DNA of 64,000 nucleotides from the NCBI GenBank assembly GCA_963662265.2, contig CAXXHA010000035.1, positions 64,001-128,000 on the forward strand, given 5' to 3'. The notes below the pieces were generated by a model. The model was not told the DNA's origin and made no database searches. It worked only from the letters and a program-made list of their open reading frames with translations. Positions 30,847 through 40,528 of this stretch are shown piece by piece; position 1 is the first letter of the stretch, and the number at the start of each line of letters is the position of its first letter. The translations under genes were made by a program, and so were the position numbers. The stretch is from Spirochaetia bacterium (GTDB taxonomy: Bacteria > Spirochaetota > Spirochaetia > CADAEX01).

Positions 30847-31782
30847 ATGTATAAATATCTGTTTGGACCGGTTCCCTCCAGAAGGCTGGGTATCTCATTG
30901 GGTGTTGATATTATTCCCTACAAGGTGTGTACGTTAAACTGTATTTACTGTGAATGCGGATTGACAACAAACCTTACTCTTGAAAGAAAGGAATATGTCT
31001 CATCTTCTGATGTTATAAAAGAATTAAAACATTATTTTTCCCGGAACAGGAAAATTGATTACATAACTTTCTCCGGAGGAGGAGAACCTCTTTTAAACTC
31101 ATCTCTCGGTACTGTTCTTGACTGGATAAAGTGTAATATTAAAGATATTCCGACTGCTGTCCTGACAAACGGGACACTGCTGTCTGATCATTGTATCAGA
31201 AAGGAAATACTGAAAGCAGATCTTGTGATTCCTTCTCTTGATACTGCCAGTATAGAGTCTTTCAAAAAACTTGACAGGCCTCATGAGGATATTGATCTTA
31301 ATGAATATGTTCAGGGTCTTGCTGATTTCAGAAGAGAATACAGCGGCAGAATCTGGCTGGAAATATTTATTCTTCCCGGGTACAACAATGACAGGGATAA
31401 TCTGATTCAGTTGAAGAAAGCAATAGACAGGATAAAACCTGATAAAATACAGCTTAATACTCTCGACAGGCCAGGTACTGAATCCGGATTGTTGGCAGCT
31501 TCCCGTGCGGAACTTCAGAGTATAATTGATTTCTGGAGAATTCCGGAGGCGGAAATAATAAAATCAGCACCTGTCAGGAAAAATATTGAATCCTACAGGG
31601 AAGATACGGAAACAGCAATTGTTGAGACAATAAAAAGAAGACCCTGTACGCTTGAAGACTTGTCAACTATTCTTGGAATTCATATCAATGAAATAAACAA
31701 GTACCTTGGAGTGCTTGAAGAGGAAAGTTCGGTGGTCGTTGATGTTCAGAAAAGGGGTGTATTCTACAAAGCAGCTATGTGA
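30847..31782 (+). CDS. radical SAM protein (COG0731-like)
   Basis: GPVPSRRLGISLG, CTLNCIYC, SGGGEP, NTLDRP, RRP. Confidence 0.88.
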   Translation: MYKYLFGPVPSRRLGISLGVDIIPYKVCTLNCIYCECGLTTNLTLERKEYVSSSDVIKELKHYFSRNRKIDYITFSGGGEPLLNSSLGTVLDWIKCNIKDIPTAVLTNGTLLSDHCIRKEILKADLVIPSLDTASIESFKKLDRPHEDIDLNEYVQGLADFRREYSGRIWLEIFILPGYNNDRDNLIQLKKAIDRIKPDKIQLNTLDRPGTESGLLAASRAELQSIIDFWRIPEAEIIKSAPVRKNIESYREDTETAIVETIKRRPCTLEDLSTILGIHINEINKYLGVLEEESSVVVDVQKRGVFYKAAM

Positions 31783-31894
31783 TTCTGCTGTTTCATGGTT
31801 AGAATTAAAAGATAGATTAAACAGGATTTCCGGCCGGAAATCCTGTTTTTTTTTTGATTATTTAAAACTTTCTTCTCATATGTTTTGAAAATTA

Positions 31895-31942
31895 TTGACA
31901 TCCGGGTATATGTGATGTATATTTATAATGAACATAAGTTCA
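31895..31942 (+). promoter_or_regulatory. sigma70 promoter with palindromic operator at about +1
   Basis: TTGACA-17-TATATT, then TGAACATAAGTTCA (31929-31942). Confidence 0.6.
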
Positions 31943-31990
31943 AAACAGCCAGGTGGCTGGAAAATACATTAAAATGTAAGGAGGCTTAAT

Positions 31991-32347
31991 ATGCCGCGTG
32001 GAAACGGAATGGGGCCTGATAATATGGGACCCGGAACAGGAAGAAGAATGGGATACTGTGCAGGTTATGACAGACCCGGATGTTATAATTATTTCGAAGG
32101 AGGCTCTCGAGGCCGCAGGCAGAATGCCGGGTTCTCCCAGAGGGCTTACGGGGGAAGAAGAGGTCCCGGGTATGGAGGCAGGTTTAACTTCCCCGGATTT
32201 GAAAGTTTCAGGAGGGGTTTTGATGAACGTGACAATGCAGGGGAACTTGATTTTCTAAAAAATCAGGCCGAAGACCTTGAAACAGAACTTGCTGCAGTGC
32301 AGGAAAGAATTCGTATTTTGGAGGAGGATACTTCCATACAGGATTGA
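31991..32347 (+). CDS. DUF5320 family protein
   Basis: MPRGNGMGP..MGP.TGR.MGYC, Gly/Arg-rich middle, coiled-coil end. Confidence 0.85.
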   Translation: MPRGNGMGPDNMGPGTGRRMGYCAGYDRPGCYNYFEGGSRGRRQNAGFSQRAYGGRRGPGYGGRFNFPGFESFRRGFDERDNAGELDFLKNQAEDLETELAAVQERIRILEEDTSIQD

Positions 32348-32751
32348 ATGTTTTCTTATTTGAATTAAACCGGATAATACAATATCCGGTTTTTTTATGT
32401 TTTCAGAGTTAAACTGGTTTTAAATTCTAAAGGCAGGTTTCATGCAGAACATGCTTATCATCTACAGCTGCACCTGTTTTTGCTGGCTGGTTATCTTCTG
32501 TCATCCTGTAAGCGGCTGCCTGCAGTATTCCTCCGTGGTATATCCCTGCCGGCAGAAGCGGGATTGTCGGTTTACTGGTTCATTAATTTCGGTAAATTAA
32601 GAACATGTATCAAAGCAAAAATTTTAAAAATCAGTTTTAGATGGGAAATCAGGGATATTTTCTGAAAAAAACCTTTAGCAGCTCCTGAGATACCCGGAAT
32701 TTGGAAAAAATATTTCAGAAATAGTATAATTAATGTAAGAGGGTTCTGAAA

Positions 32752-33225
32752 ATGTCTGATAGTCCTCTTACAGGTATCCAGTCAGTTTCTCACATTTATT
32801 ACAGTTATGAGGGGCCCCGTTATTATCTTGAGGAAGAATCAAAGCGAGTCGAAGAGATTATTGAAGAGGAAAAACTTCGTGAATTAAAGGCTGCTGAAGA
32901 GGGAAAAAGGATTGAAGAAGAGAAACTCCTCGAAGAAGCCTTATATTCGGAAAAACTCAGGGAAGAGGAAATCCTTCAGCAGCAGAAAAAAACTGAAGAA
33001 GAATCATTTAAGCAGATCAGAGAAGCTTCTCTGAAAGAAATAGAAAGGTGGATTGATTTCGAAATGATCAGGCAGCTGGAACAGCGCCAGGGGGAAAAAG
33101 AGGCCCGGATTCTTGAAGATCTGGAAAGAGAGCGGATAGCATCGGAAAGTACTGCATCTGGACTCTCTGAGTATCTGCCTCATGAAGAGGTCTATTCCGG
33201 AATAAATATAAATCTACTTGCGTAA
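32752..33225 (+). CDS. hypothetical Glu-rich coiled-coil protein
   Basis: 157-aa ORF with RBS-like gaggg and upstream TATAAT. Confidence 0.65.
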   Translation: MSDSPLTGIQSVSHIYYSYEGPRYYLEEESKRVEEIIEEEKLRELKAAEEGKRIEEEKLLEEALYSEKLREEEILQQQKKTEEESFKQIREASLKEIERWIDFEMIRQLEQRQGEKEARILEDLERERIASESTASGLSEYLPHEEVYSGININLLA

Positions 33226-33448
33226 CTGTCTCAGAAATCCCTCAGTGCCGTGTATCTTCCTGTCAGGGATGTTTCTCTTTTAATATTTTTCACTAATTCC
33301 GCATATTTTAAATAATTACCCTGTTGTAAAGACTTCCGGGACTATGTATAACAAAAAAGTATAACTCATATAAAAAACTTGACAGATTTGAATTTATGTA
33401 TATATCATATAGTTATAAAGCTTATAAGTTTAAAGATTTGTTAGGAGG

Positions 33449-34426
33449 ATGCAGGTCGTGGAAATGAAGACCGGAAAATCTGTCAAACCGGCAGATTCAT
33501 CATCAGTACCCAGGTTTGCTGGTATTAAAACATTTATGAGACTTCCCTATGAAAGGGATGTTGAGGGGCTTGATTTTGCCGTAATGGGGCTGCCGTTTGA
33601 TACAGGTTCAACCTACAGGATAGGGGCGAGATTCGGGCCGGAGGCTGTCAGGAGCATAAGTGCTGTTATTAAACCGTACAATGCTTATCACAAAATAAAT
33701 ATATTTGATTACATTTCAGGTGTTGATTACGGGGATCTTAATGTTCTTCCAGGATATATAATGGATACGTATGAGGCTGTTTCTGAGGAAATGAAGTTGT
33801 TTGTTGAAAATAATGTAATTCCTGTAGTTATAGGGGGGGACCACTCGGTTACTGTGCCTCAGCTGAGGGCTCTCTGTGAAAAACACGGACCTGTTGCACT
33901 TGTTCATTTCGATGCACATCTTGATACAGCAGATTCATACTTCGGTAAGAAATATACTCACGGCACTCCCTTTTCAAGGGCATATGATGAAGGGCTTCTT
34001 ATACCTGAAAAAGTGATTCAGGTAGGGATGAGGGGAACTTATTACGGAGAACACTCTCTCAAAGAGTCTACTGACAGGGGATTTACTGTAGTTTCTGCTG
34101 AAGAAGCTTTTGATATGGGACTTGATAATCTTCTCAGGATGATTCATGAGAAAGTCGGGGATGCGAAGGTCTTTGTAACTTTCGATGTAGATGCATGCGA
34201 TCCTGCATATGCACCGGGAACCGGAACACTTATTCCAGGCGGTTTTACATCCCGTGAAGCCATGAAACTTATCAGGGGCCTTTCAGGACTCAACTTTGTG
34301 GGGTTTGATGTTGTTGAGGTCCTTCCGGATCTCGATCCGAGCAACATAACATCGTGCCTCGCATCAAATATTGTATTTGAATATCTGACGCTTATTGCGC
34401 TTCAGAAAAAAAATCAGAACTGCTGA
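33449..34426 (+). CDS. speB: agmatinase / ureohydrolase family
   Basis: GARFGP, GGDHS, HFDAHLD, HGTPF, FDVDACDP.YAPGTGT; true start may be GTG 33458. Confidence 0.85.
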   Translation: MQVVEMKTGKSVKPADSSSVPRFAGIKTFMRLPYERDVEGLDFAVMGLPFDTGSTYRIGARFGPEAVRSISAVIKPYNAYHKINIFDYISGVDYGDLNVLPGYIMDTYEAVSEEMKLFVENNVIPVVIGGDHSVTVPQLRALCEKHGPVALVHFDAHLDTADSYFGKKYTHGTPFSRAYDEGLLIPEKVIQVGMRGTYYGEHSLKESTDRGFTVVSAEEAFDMGLDNLLRMIHEKVGDAKVFVTFDVDACDPAYAPGTGTLIPGGFTSREAMKLIRGLSGLNFVGFDVVEVLPDLDPSNITSCLASNIVFEYLTLIALQKKNQNC

Positions 34427-34596
34427 AAACCCTGTTTTCAGCATAGCGACAGAGACTTTCTCGAAGAGAAAGTGCTCGAAAGCGAATTAGAACTGCTGAA
34501 AACCCTGTTATCAGCACAGTATAGAGATTTTTCTGAAAGAAAAGTGCTCGAGAAGGCATGCACTTCCTGGAAGGAAGTGCCTGAAAGTGAATCAGG
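34416..34596. repeat. 73-bp tandem duplication plus hairpins between convergent genes
   Basis: agaactgctgaaaaccctgtt at 34416 and 34489; hairpins actttctc/gagaaagt and gcacttcc/ggaagtgc. Confidence 0.8.
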
Positions 34597-34607
34597 AGTT
34601 ATAATTA

Positions 34608-35357
34608 TCAAATAATTCTTTCCGGAAAGAGATCAAGCAGTTCTGTCAGTGATTCAATAATCATATCAGGCTTGTGTTCCTTTTTTTCCATCTGTTTATC
34701 TGTCAGTTTCTTTGTCCTGAGAATAATAGAAAGTGCATATCCTGCATCTCTTGGCCCCTGGATATCCCTGTTAGGCTGATCACCTATATAAACAGCATTT
34801 TCCGGTTTTATATCAAAGCCTTTTAACCCAAGCTCAAATAATTTTTTACCTGGTTTTCTGATTCCCTCTTCCGATGAAAGAACTACAGTATCGAACAGCC
34901 CTTCAAGCCCCCCCTCAAGTATTTCCTGATGCACCAGTGGCCTGCTCCATGTATTGCTGATCAGGCCGACTATATATCCTCTTTTTTTCAGGGTGGTTAA
35001 GATTTCTTTTATATTTTTATCAGTTTTTCTTCTTCCTTTGGCTTCAAAGTAGAGAAGTGTGAGCTCTTCTGCTATTGGCTTAAGTACTTCCTCAGGTACT
35101 TCGGGAAGTATCCATCCCGGCCAGACCTTGTCTGCTGTATATTCTATCAGGGATTCCATTCCCCACTTCTTGTATTCATCCTCTCCTGCCAGAAGCCTCT
35201 TCATAAATTTACTGCAGTCCTCATTAAGGCCTGTCATTTTCATTATTTTAGTGAGGTTTGCCTCCCCGTCATCAGGCAGCGGTATTCTTTCTTTCATTAC
35301 AACCCCGCCCTGGTCAAAGTAAATTGCTTTGATATCCTTTTTTTCTGTTATTTTCAT
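34608..35357 (-). CDS. HAD family hydrolase
   Basis: FDQGGV, ISNT, RKP, IGDQPNRDI.G. Confidence 0.88.
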   Translation of the reverse strand: MKITEKKDIKAIYFDQGGVVMKERIPLPDDGEANLTKIMKMTGLNEDCSKFMKRLLAGEDEYKKWGMESLIEYTADKVWPGWILPEVPEEVLKPIAEELTLLYFEAKGRRKTDKNIKEILTTLKKRGYIVGLISNTWSRPLVHQEILEGGLEGLFDTVVLSSEEGIRKPGKKLFELGLKGFDIKPENAVYIGDQPNRDIQGPRDAGYALSIILRTKKLTDKQMEKKEHKPDMIIESLTELLDLFPERII

Positions 35358-35630
35358 TGTTCAGTTCCAGATTTAGTATGATTTAGTGGTTTATTATACA
35401 ACATAAAACCCATAAATGAAAAAAAATTTTAAAAAAAATAATAAAATGAAATAAATATTGCAGAAAATTCCTGTTTTCTGTGAAACAATGCATTGTTATT
35501 CAGAAAAATGTTGAAACGCTTTACTGTATCCAGTCCGGATACTTCAAATCAGCAGGGAATTATTCCGGTAAGCCTGAATGTTATATATTCCCAAGTTGAT
35601 AAAAAAAATTATAAGCCTTATAATCCCATT

Positions 35631-36533
35631 ATGAATTTGCATCATCTGAAAACTTTTTATCTTACAGCAAAACATTCCAGCGTTTCCCAGGCTGCCAGGG
35701 AGATGAATATTGCCCAGCCTGCAGCAACAAGGCATCTCAAGGAACTTCAGAATAAAATTGATATTGTTCTTTTCAACAACAGGGGAAAAAAGCTGTATCT
35801 TACAAATGAAGGGAAAATTCTCTATGAAAAAACCAGGCGTCTCTTTAAAGAGGAAGCAGATATAGAGGTTGCAATTAATGAAATAAAACGGTTCAGGAAA
35901 GGGCTTATATCTCTTTCATCACAGGCTACTTTTGCAGATTATTATTTTCATGAAGTGCTTCTCGATTTTTATGAAAAATGCCCCGATATTGCTCTTACTG
36001 TTTCGACATTTTTAAGCGATGCAGATGTACTGAACAGTATCGAAAAAATGGATTATGACCTGGGGATTGTCTCTTCAAGGCCAGAATCAAAAGTACTTAA
36101 AAGCAGGAAAATATATACAGCAAGGCAGTACCTGATAGTTCCTCCCAGCCACAGGCTTGCAGATAAAGAACTTATCAGTCCTGAAATGATTCATGATGAA
36201 GTTTTCATACTCCCTGAAAAATCGACAAAGAGCCGCAGCCTTATTGATGATTATTTCAGTCATAATGGGATAAATGCCAATGTCCTCTATGAGCTTGGCC
36301 ACACAAATCCTATAGTCAATATAGTTAAAAACAATATCGGAATATCAATTACATACCGTAAAACAGTGCTTAACGCTGTGGCAAGCGGCGATGTCTGTAT
36401 GATTCCTCTCGAAGATCCGGAAAAGCTGCTTTCGCGTGATTTCTACCTTATATATAACAAGGAAAAATATATTTCAGAAATTATTCAGAATTTAATCGAT
36501 ACAATTGATACCTGGGCCGGGAAGGTGAAATAA
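35631..36533 (+). CDS. LysR family transcriptional regulator
   Basis: MNLHHLKTF...SVSQAA...QPA HTH; LysR substrate domain. Confidence 0.9.
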   Translation: MNLHHLKTFYLTAKHSSVSQAAREMNIAQPAATRHLKELQNKIDIVLFNNRGKKLYLTNEGKILYEKTRRLFKEEADIEVAINEIKRFRKGLISLSSQATFADYYFHEVLLDFYEKCPDIALTVSTFLSDADVLNSIEKMDYDLGIVSSRPESKVLKSRKIYTARQYLIVPPSHRLADKELISPEMIHDEVFILPEKSTKSRSLIDDYFSHNGINANVLYELGHTNPIVNIVKNNIGISITYRKTVLNAVASGDVCMIPLEDPEKLLSRDFYLIYNKEKYISEIIQNLIDTIDTWAGKVK

Positions 36534-36651
36534 TCATAAAACCGGAGAATATTGATTGTTTTTAACTGATTAATCAGGCTGGAAATAATTAACAATTTAA
36601 TATTTGTGAGAGCTTTTTATTCAATAGGCAGGAATAATCAGAGGATTTATT

Positions 36652-37866
36652 ATGGATAATGTTGTAGTTGTCGGCGGAGGTGCTGCAGGGCTTATCTGCT
36701 CTGTTCTGCTGGTAAGGAATAATATAAGGGTCGAGGTTTTTGACCGCATGGATTCGCCGGGAAGGAAACTGATTCTTGCGGGAATGAGCGGGCTGAATTT
36801 TACAAATATCCTTGATCCTGACATGTTTGCTTCCCGTTACAGGTTGAATGAGGCTTTTTTCAGTGAACTTCTGAAAAAGCATTCTCCTGAAAATTTCATC
36901 AGCTTTTTTAATGACCTGGGCATTGAAACATTTACAGGATCAAGCGGGAAGGTCTTTCCCGTATCTATGAAAGCGGATGAGGTCCTTGAAAAAATAATTT
37001 CCTATCTTGAAACTTCCTCTTTATTCAGTTTTTACGGGAATCACCGTCTTGTTGAAATTGATTCGGAAAGTAATCTTGTGTTTGAAACTGATGCTGGGAA
37101 CAGGAAAGTAAATTCTGAAACAGTTGTTTTTGCCCTTGGAGGAGGAAGCCGGTCAAACACAGGTTCAGACGGTAAATGGACAGATTTTTTTGATAAAAAG
37201 GGAATTCATACAGTTCCTCTTGAACCTTCAAACTGCGGATTTGAAGTGCAGTGGACAGAAACTTTCAAAAAGTCTCTTGAATCATGTGTACCGCTTAAAA
37301 ACATATCTTTGCATCTTGGAAAAGAATTATCCAGGAATGAGGTCCTGCTGACTGGATACGGAATAGAAGGGAGCGGTATATACTGTCTTGGCGGCATGAT
37401 CAGGGAAAAAATTAAATCGGAAGGCGAATGTACTGTATTTATTGATATAATACCTGATCTGTCAGCAGAAAAGATCAGGGAAAAGCTGAAAAAACCCCGG
37501 GGTAAAAATTCCCTGTCAAATTACCTGAGAAAATCATTGTCTGTAAATCCTGTCAAGTTTCGTCTCATCAGGGAACTTCTCTCCATGGAACAGTTTACTC
37601 ATCTTGTTGATAATCCTGGTATTTTGAAGAATATGCCTTTAACAATCAGCGGGATAAGGCCGCTTGAAGAGGCGATATCCAGCTCCGGAGGGGTTGATAT
37701 GGCAGAAATCAATGAAAATATGATGCTTAAGAAAATCCCCGGATTCTATGTCATCGGAGAAATGGCTGACTGGGATGCCCCTACCGGGGGGTATCTTCTG
37801 CAGGGGTGTTTCTCTACAGCATCGGCTGCTGTAGAGAATATTATTGATTATTTTAAAAATATTTGA
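36652..37866 (+). CDS. HI0933/BaiN-like flavoprotein
   Basis: GGGAAG, GRKLILAG..GLNFT, ALGG.S, EAISSSGGV, DWDAPTGGYLLQG. Confidence 0.88.
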   Translation: MDNVVVVGGGAAGLICSVLLVRNNIRVEVFDRMDSPGRKLILAGMSGLNFTNILDPDMFASRYRLNEAFFSELLKKHSPENFISFFNDLGIETFTGSSGKVFPVSMKADEVLEKIISYLETSSLFSFYGNHRLVEIDSESNLVFETDAGNRKVNSETVVFALGGGSRSNTGSDGKWTDFFDKKGIHTVPLEPSNCGFEVQWTETFKKSLESCVPLKNISLHLGKELSRNEVLLTGYGIEGSGIYCLGGMIREKIKSEGECTVFIDIIPDLSAEKIREKLKKPRGKNSLSNYLRKSLSVNPVKFRLIRELLSMEQFTHLVDNPGILKNMPLTISGIRPLEEAISSSGGVDMAEINENMMLKKIPGFYVIGEMADWDAPTGGYLLQGCFSTASAAVENIIDYFKNI

Positions 37867-37880
37867 TTCTGAAGTATTTA

Positions 37881-38570
37881 TCAGGCTGTAAGCAGTGATT
37901 CTCCAATCATTTCCTTTGATTCATTATTGAGAAGAAACTGTGCAAAATCTTTCGATGATTCAAAAATCCTGTCAGTTATAATTCCTCCCCGGGCAAGGTC
38001 CTGGTACTGATGAAAATCTGAGCCGGAAAGCATTCTAAGCTTGTTTTTCCGGGCATGATTGAAAGCTTTCATGTTTTTTGAATCATGCCTGGGATTTCCG
38101 TTTATAACTTCTATACCGTCAAGATATTCATTTTTCTCCACTTCCATTTCAGGTCTGAACGGATGTGCCTGGAAAAATGCTATCCCTTTTCCCTGTTTCA
38201 GTTCAGCAAATTTTTCAGGCGTCATTTTATAGAGTTCGGGGTTGTCATAGAGAAAATCCTCATCAATTCCGTAAACAAGAAAATCGTTCGGATGGTTGCT
38301 GAATCTCAGTTCGATCCCGAGAAGAACATTAAGGCCTGCTTTCTGCCCTGCTTTTCTTGCAGCTCTGTAGCCGGTTAGGTATGAATCGATTTTTTCCTTC
38401 CAGCTGTCTGATTCCAGGGACTCGAAATAGCTTGAAAAATAGTGATCTGTAATTACAATAGCGTCATAATCCCTGTCTTTGTAAAGTCTGACAATTTCTT
38501 CTGCATTAACTCTGCCGCAAGGGCTTACTTCTGCAGTGTGGACATGTGTATCTGTTTTGTATTTGATAAT
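37881..38570 (-). CDS. PHP domain metallo-hydrolase, 229 aa, with ATT start
   Basis: frame extends 115 codons upstream of the listed ORF: YKTDTHVHT, ITDH, GIE, AHPFR, GSDFH; GGAG RBS before ATT. Confidence 0.85.
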   Translation of the reverse strand: MIKYKTDTHVHTAEVSPCGRVNAEEIVRLYKDRDYDAIVITDHYFSSYFESLESDSWKEKIDSYLTGYRAARKAGQKAGLNVLLGIELRFSNHPNDFLVYGIDEDFLYDNPELYKMTPEKFAELKQGKGIAFFQAHPFRPEMEVEKNEYLDGIEVINGNPRHDSKNMKAFNHARKNKLRMLSGSDFHQYQDLARGGIITDRIFESSKDFAQFLLNNESKEMIGESLLTA

Positions 38571-38771
38571 TCGGTCTCCGGTAATAAAATTATATGGAAA
38601 AACATATATACAGCAGGCTATTATTAATTAAGAGCAGAGTCAAGAAATATGCTGCCTGTAAAGAATGAAGCTGTTTGATGCTGTTTTCTGAAATGTTTAT
38701 CTGCGAATTACCAGATATTGTTATATTAATTGTAACCGCCAGATATATTCTCAGCAGATTCTGAAAAGGTT

Positions 38772-40007
38772 TTAGAAAGAAAGATATTTTGAAAAGTAAT
38801 TTTCTATTGCAAAAGAGCCGCTTCCCCTCATAACAGATTCCTGTCCTGAATTAGACTCGGAATATATGATATTGATATTTTTATCAAGCCTCAGAAGGGA
38901 TACGCTGTTGACCTTGCTGTTGAGGTTGTCTCTGAAATAAGTTCCTGCCTTTGCATAGTCGCCGCCGAGAAATATTGCATCTGGATCGTAAATCATACAG
39001 ATATTTGAAATAGCAGTTGCAAACCAGTTTGTAACTTCATCTATTAATTTGCATGCAAGGGGGTCCTTTCTGTTTGATGCCCTGAATATATCATAAATAT
39101 CGGGGTTTTCTTCTGATGTGAAAACAGCGGAATCCGGATACTCTTCTCTCAGTTTCTTTGCTTTCTTTATGATTCTGTTGAAATCAATCATCATTTCGAG
39201 ACATCCCTTGCCTCCGCAGAAGCATGTCTCTGTGTCGAAGGGATTCACTATGATATGCCCGATTTCTCCGGATAAATGGTTTTTCCCCCTGTATAATGTG
39301 CCGTCTGTGACAAGCCCTGAAACTATGCCGTGCCACCCCGCATCAATAACAATATAGTTATGTATGGAATTGTCTTTTATATTCAGTTTTTCTCCGAAAG
39401 CCTTGAATCTTATCCAGCTTTCTATTTCAACCGGAATATTCCTGTCAATTTTATCTGAAATAAGTTTTGTGAAATTTATATGGTTTCCCCAGGAAGGGTA
39501 GTGTGACGATGTAAGTACAATGCCGTTGTCTGAATCGACTATGGCATGTATTGCAACAGAAACACCTCTTATTTTTCTCTTTTCACTGAACATCTGTTCT
39601 TTGTTATTGATTGATTCTGTTATTATAGCTATCACATTGTGAATGTTCTCATCTTCATGAACGGAAAATACCCTTTCCAGCTGCATTTCCAGAGCCATAT
39701 TGTATATCTTGAGGACTATTGAACTGTATTTTATGTAGTAGCAGAAAATAACACCGGAATTCTTATTGAAAGCATAAAGTTCCGGTCTTTTCCCCCCCTC
39801 ATCGGTTGAAGTTCCCTTTCCTACAGATCCGATCAGGTTTTTCTGGATCAGTTTTTCATTCAGCTTCATCACAGTTGTTCTGCTGAGTTTTACTTTTTTA
39901 GTCAGCTCGGCAACAGTCATTTCCTGGTTGTTTCTGTAAATATCGAGAATGATTTTCAGATTATTTTTTCTTATTGTTTTCGGCTTGTTGCCTGCTGCCC
40001 GGGTCAT
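38772..40007 (-). CDS. ROK family transcriptional repressor
   Basis: N-terminal HTH, GGKRP, GEIGH, CFCGGKGCLE. Confidence 0.9.
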   Translation of the reverse strand: MTRAAGNKPKTIRKNNLKIILDIYRNNQEMTVAELTKKVKLSRTTVMKLNEKLIQKNLIGSVGKGTSTDEGGKRPELYAFNKNSGVIFCYYIKYSSIVLKIYNMALEMQLERVFSVHEDENIHNVIAIITESINNKEQMFSEKRKIRGVSVAIHAIVDSDNGIVLTSSHYPSWGNHINFTKLISDKIDRNIPVEIESWIRFKAFGEKLNIKDNSIHNYIVIDAGWHGIVSGLVTDGTLYRGKNHLSGEIGHIIVNPFDTETCFCGGKGCLEMMIDFNRIIKKAKKLREEYPDSAVFTSEENPDIYDIFRASNRKDPLACKLIDEVTNWFATAISNICMIYDPDAIFLGGDYAKAGTYFRDNLNSKVNSVSLLRLDKNINIIYSESNSGQESVMRGSGSFAIENYFSKYLSF

Positions 40008-40088
40008 GAACGTGATTATAGCACCTCTTTTTGGAAAAAACAAGCAAAGATATGCAATAAAGTTGCGTAACTGTGTTGTATAAAACTG

Positions 40089-40126
40089 TTGACAAATAAA
40101 AATTGTATGTTACAATTTTTATTGTC
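40089..40126 (+). promoter_or_regulatory. sigma70 promoter of the ABC operon overlapped by a 13-bp inverted repeat
   Basis: TTGACA-16-TACAAT; aataaaaattgta-tgt-tacaatttttatt. Confidence 0.55.
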
Positions 40127-40528
40127 TGAAAAACTGAACATTGTTATAGAAATACTGAATATCGAGTCATAAAAGCTTATTGATGTGTTTTTCTGTACTG
40201 CTTCAGATTTGCAAGGCTTGAAAACAGAAATTCAGGAAGGCTGAGATTTGAGACCTGAGGATGAAGTCTTTAAAAGTGCCTGCTGATATAAACTGTTTTC
40301 TAACACAATTCATATACTGAAAAAAATTTGAAATTCTCGAAGCAATTGAGAATACTATTAATTATGTAACTAAGTAATGAAACTATAAAAGTGATTGTCC
40401 GGTCAGTTACTTTATAGCTGCGCCTGATAAACAACTTCGAATGAAAACAGTATTAGCAGGTGCGGAATAATTACTTTTTTTATTTAAAAAGCTCCATGGG
40501 AGCACGAAAATCTAAGGAGGATTTTTTA

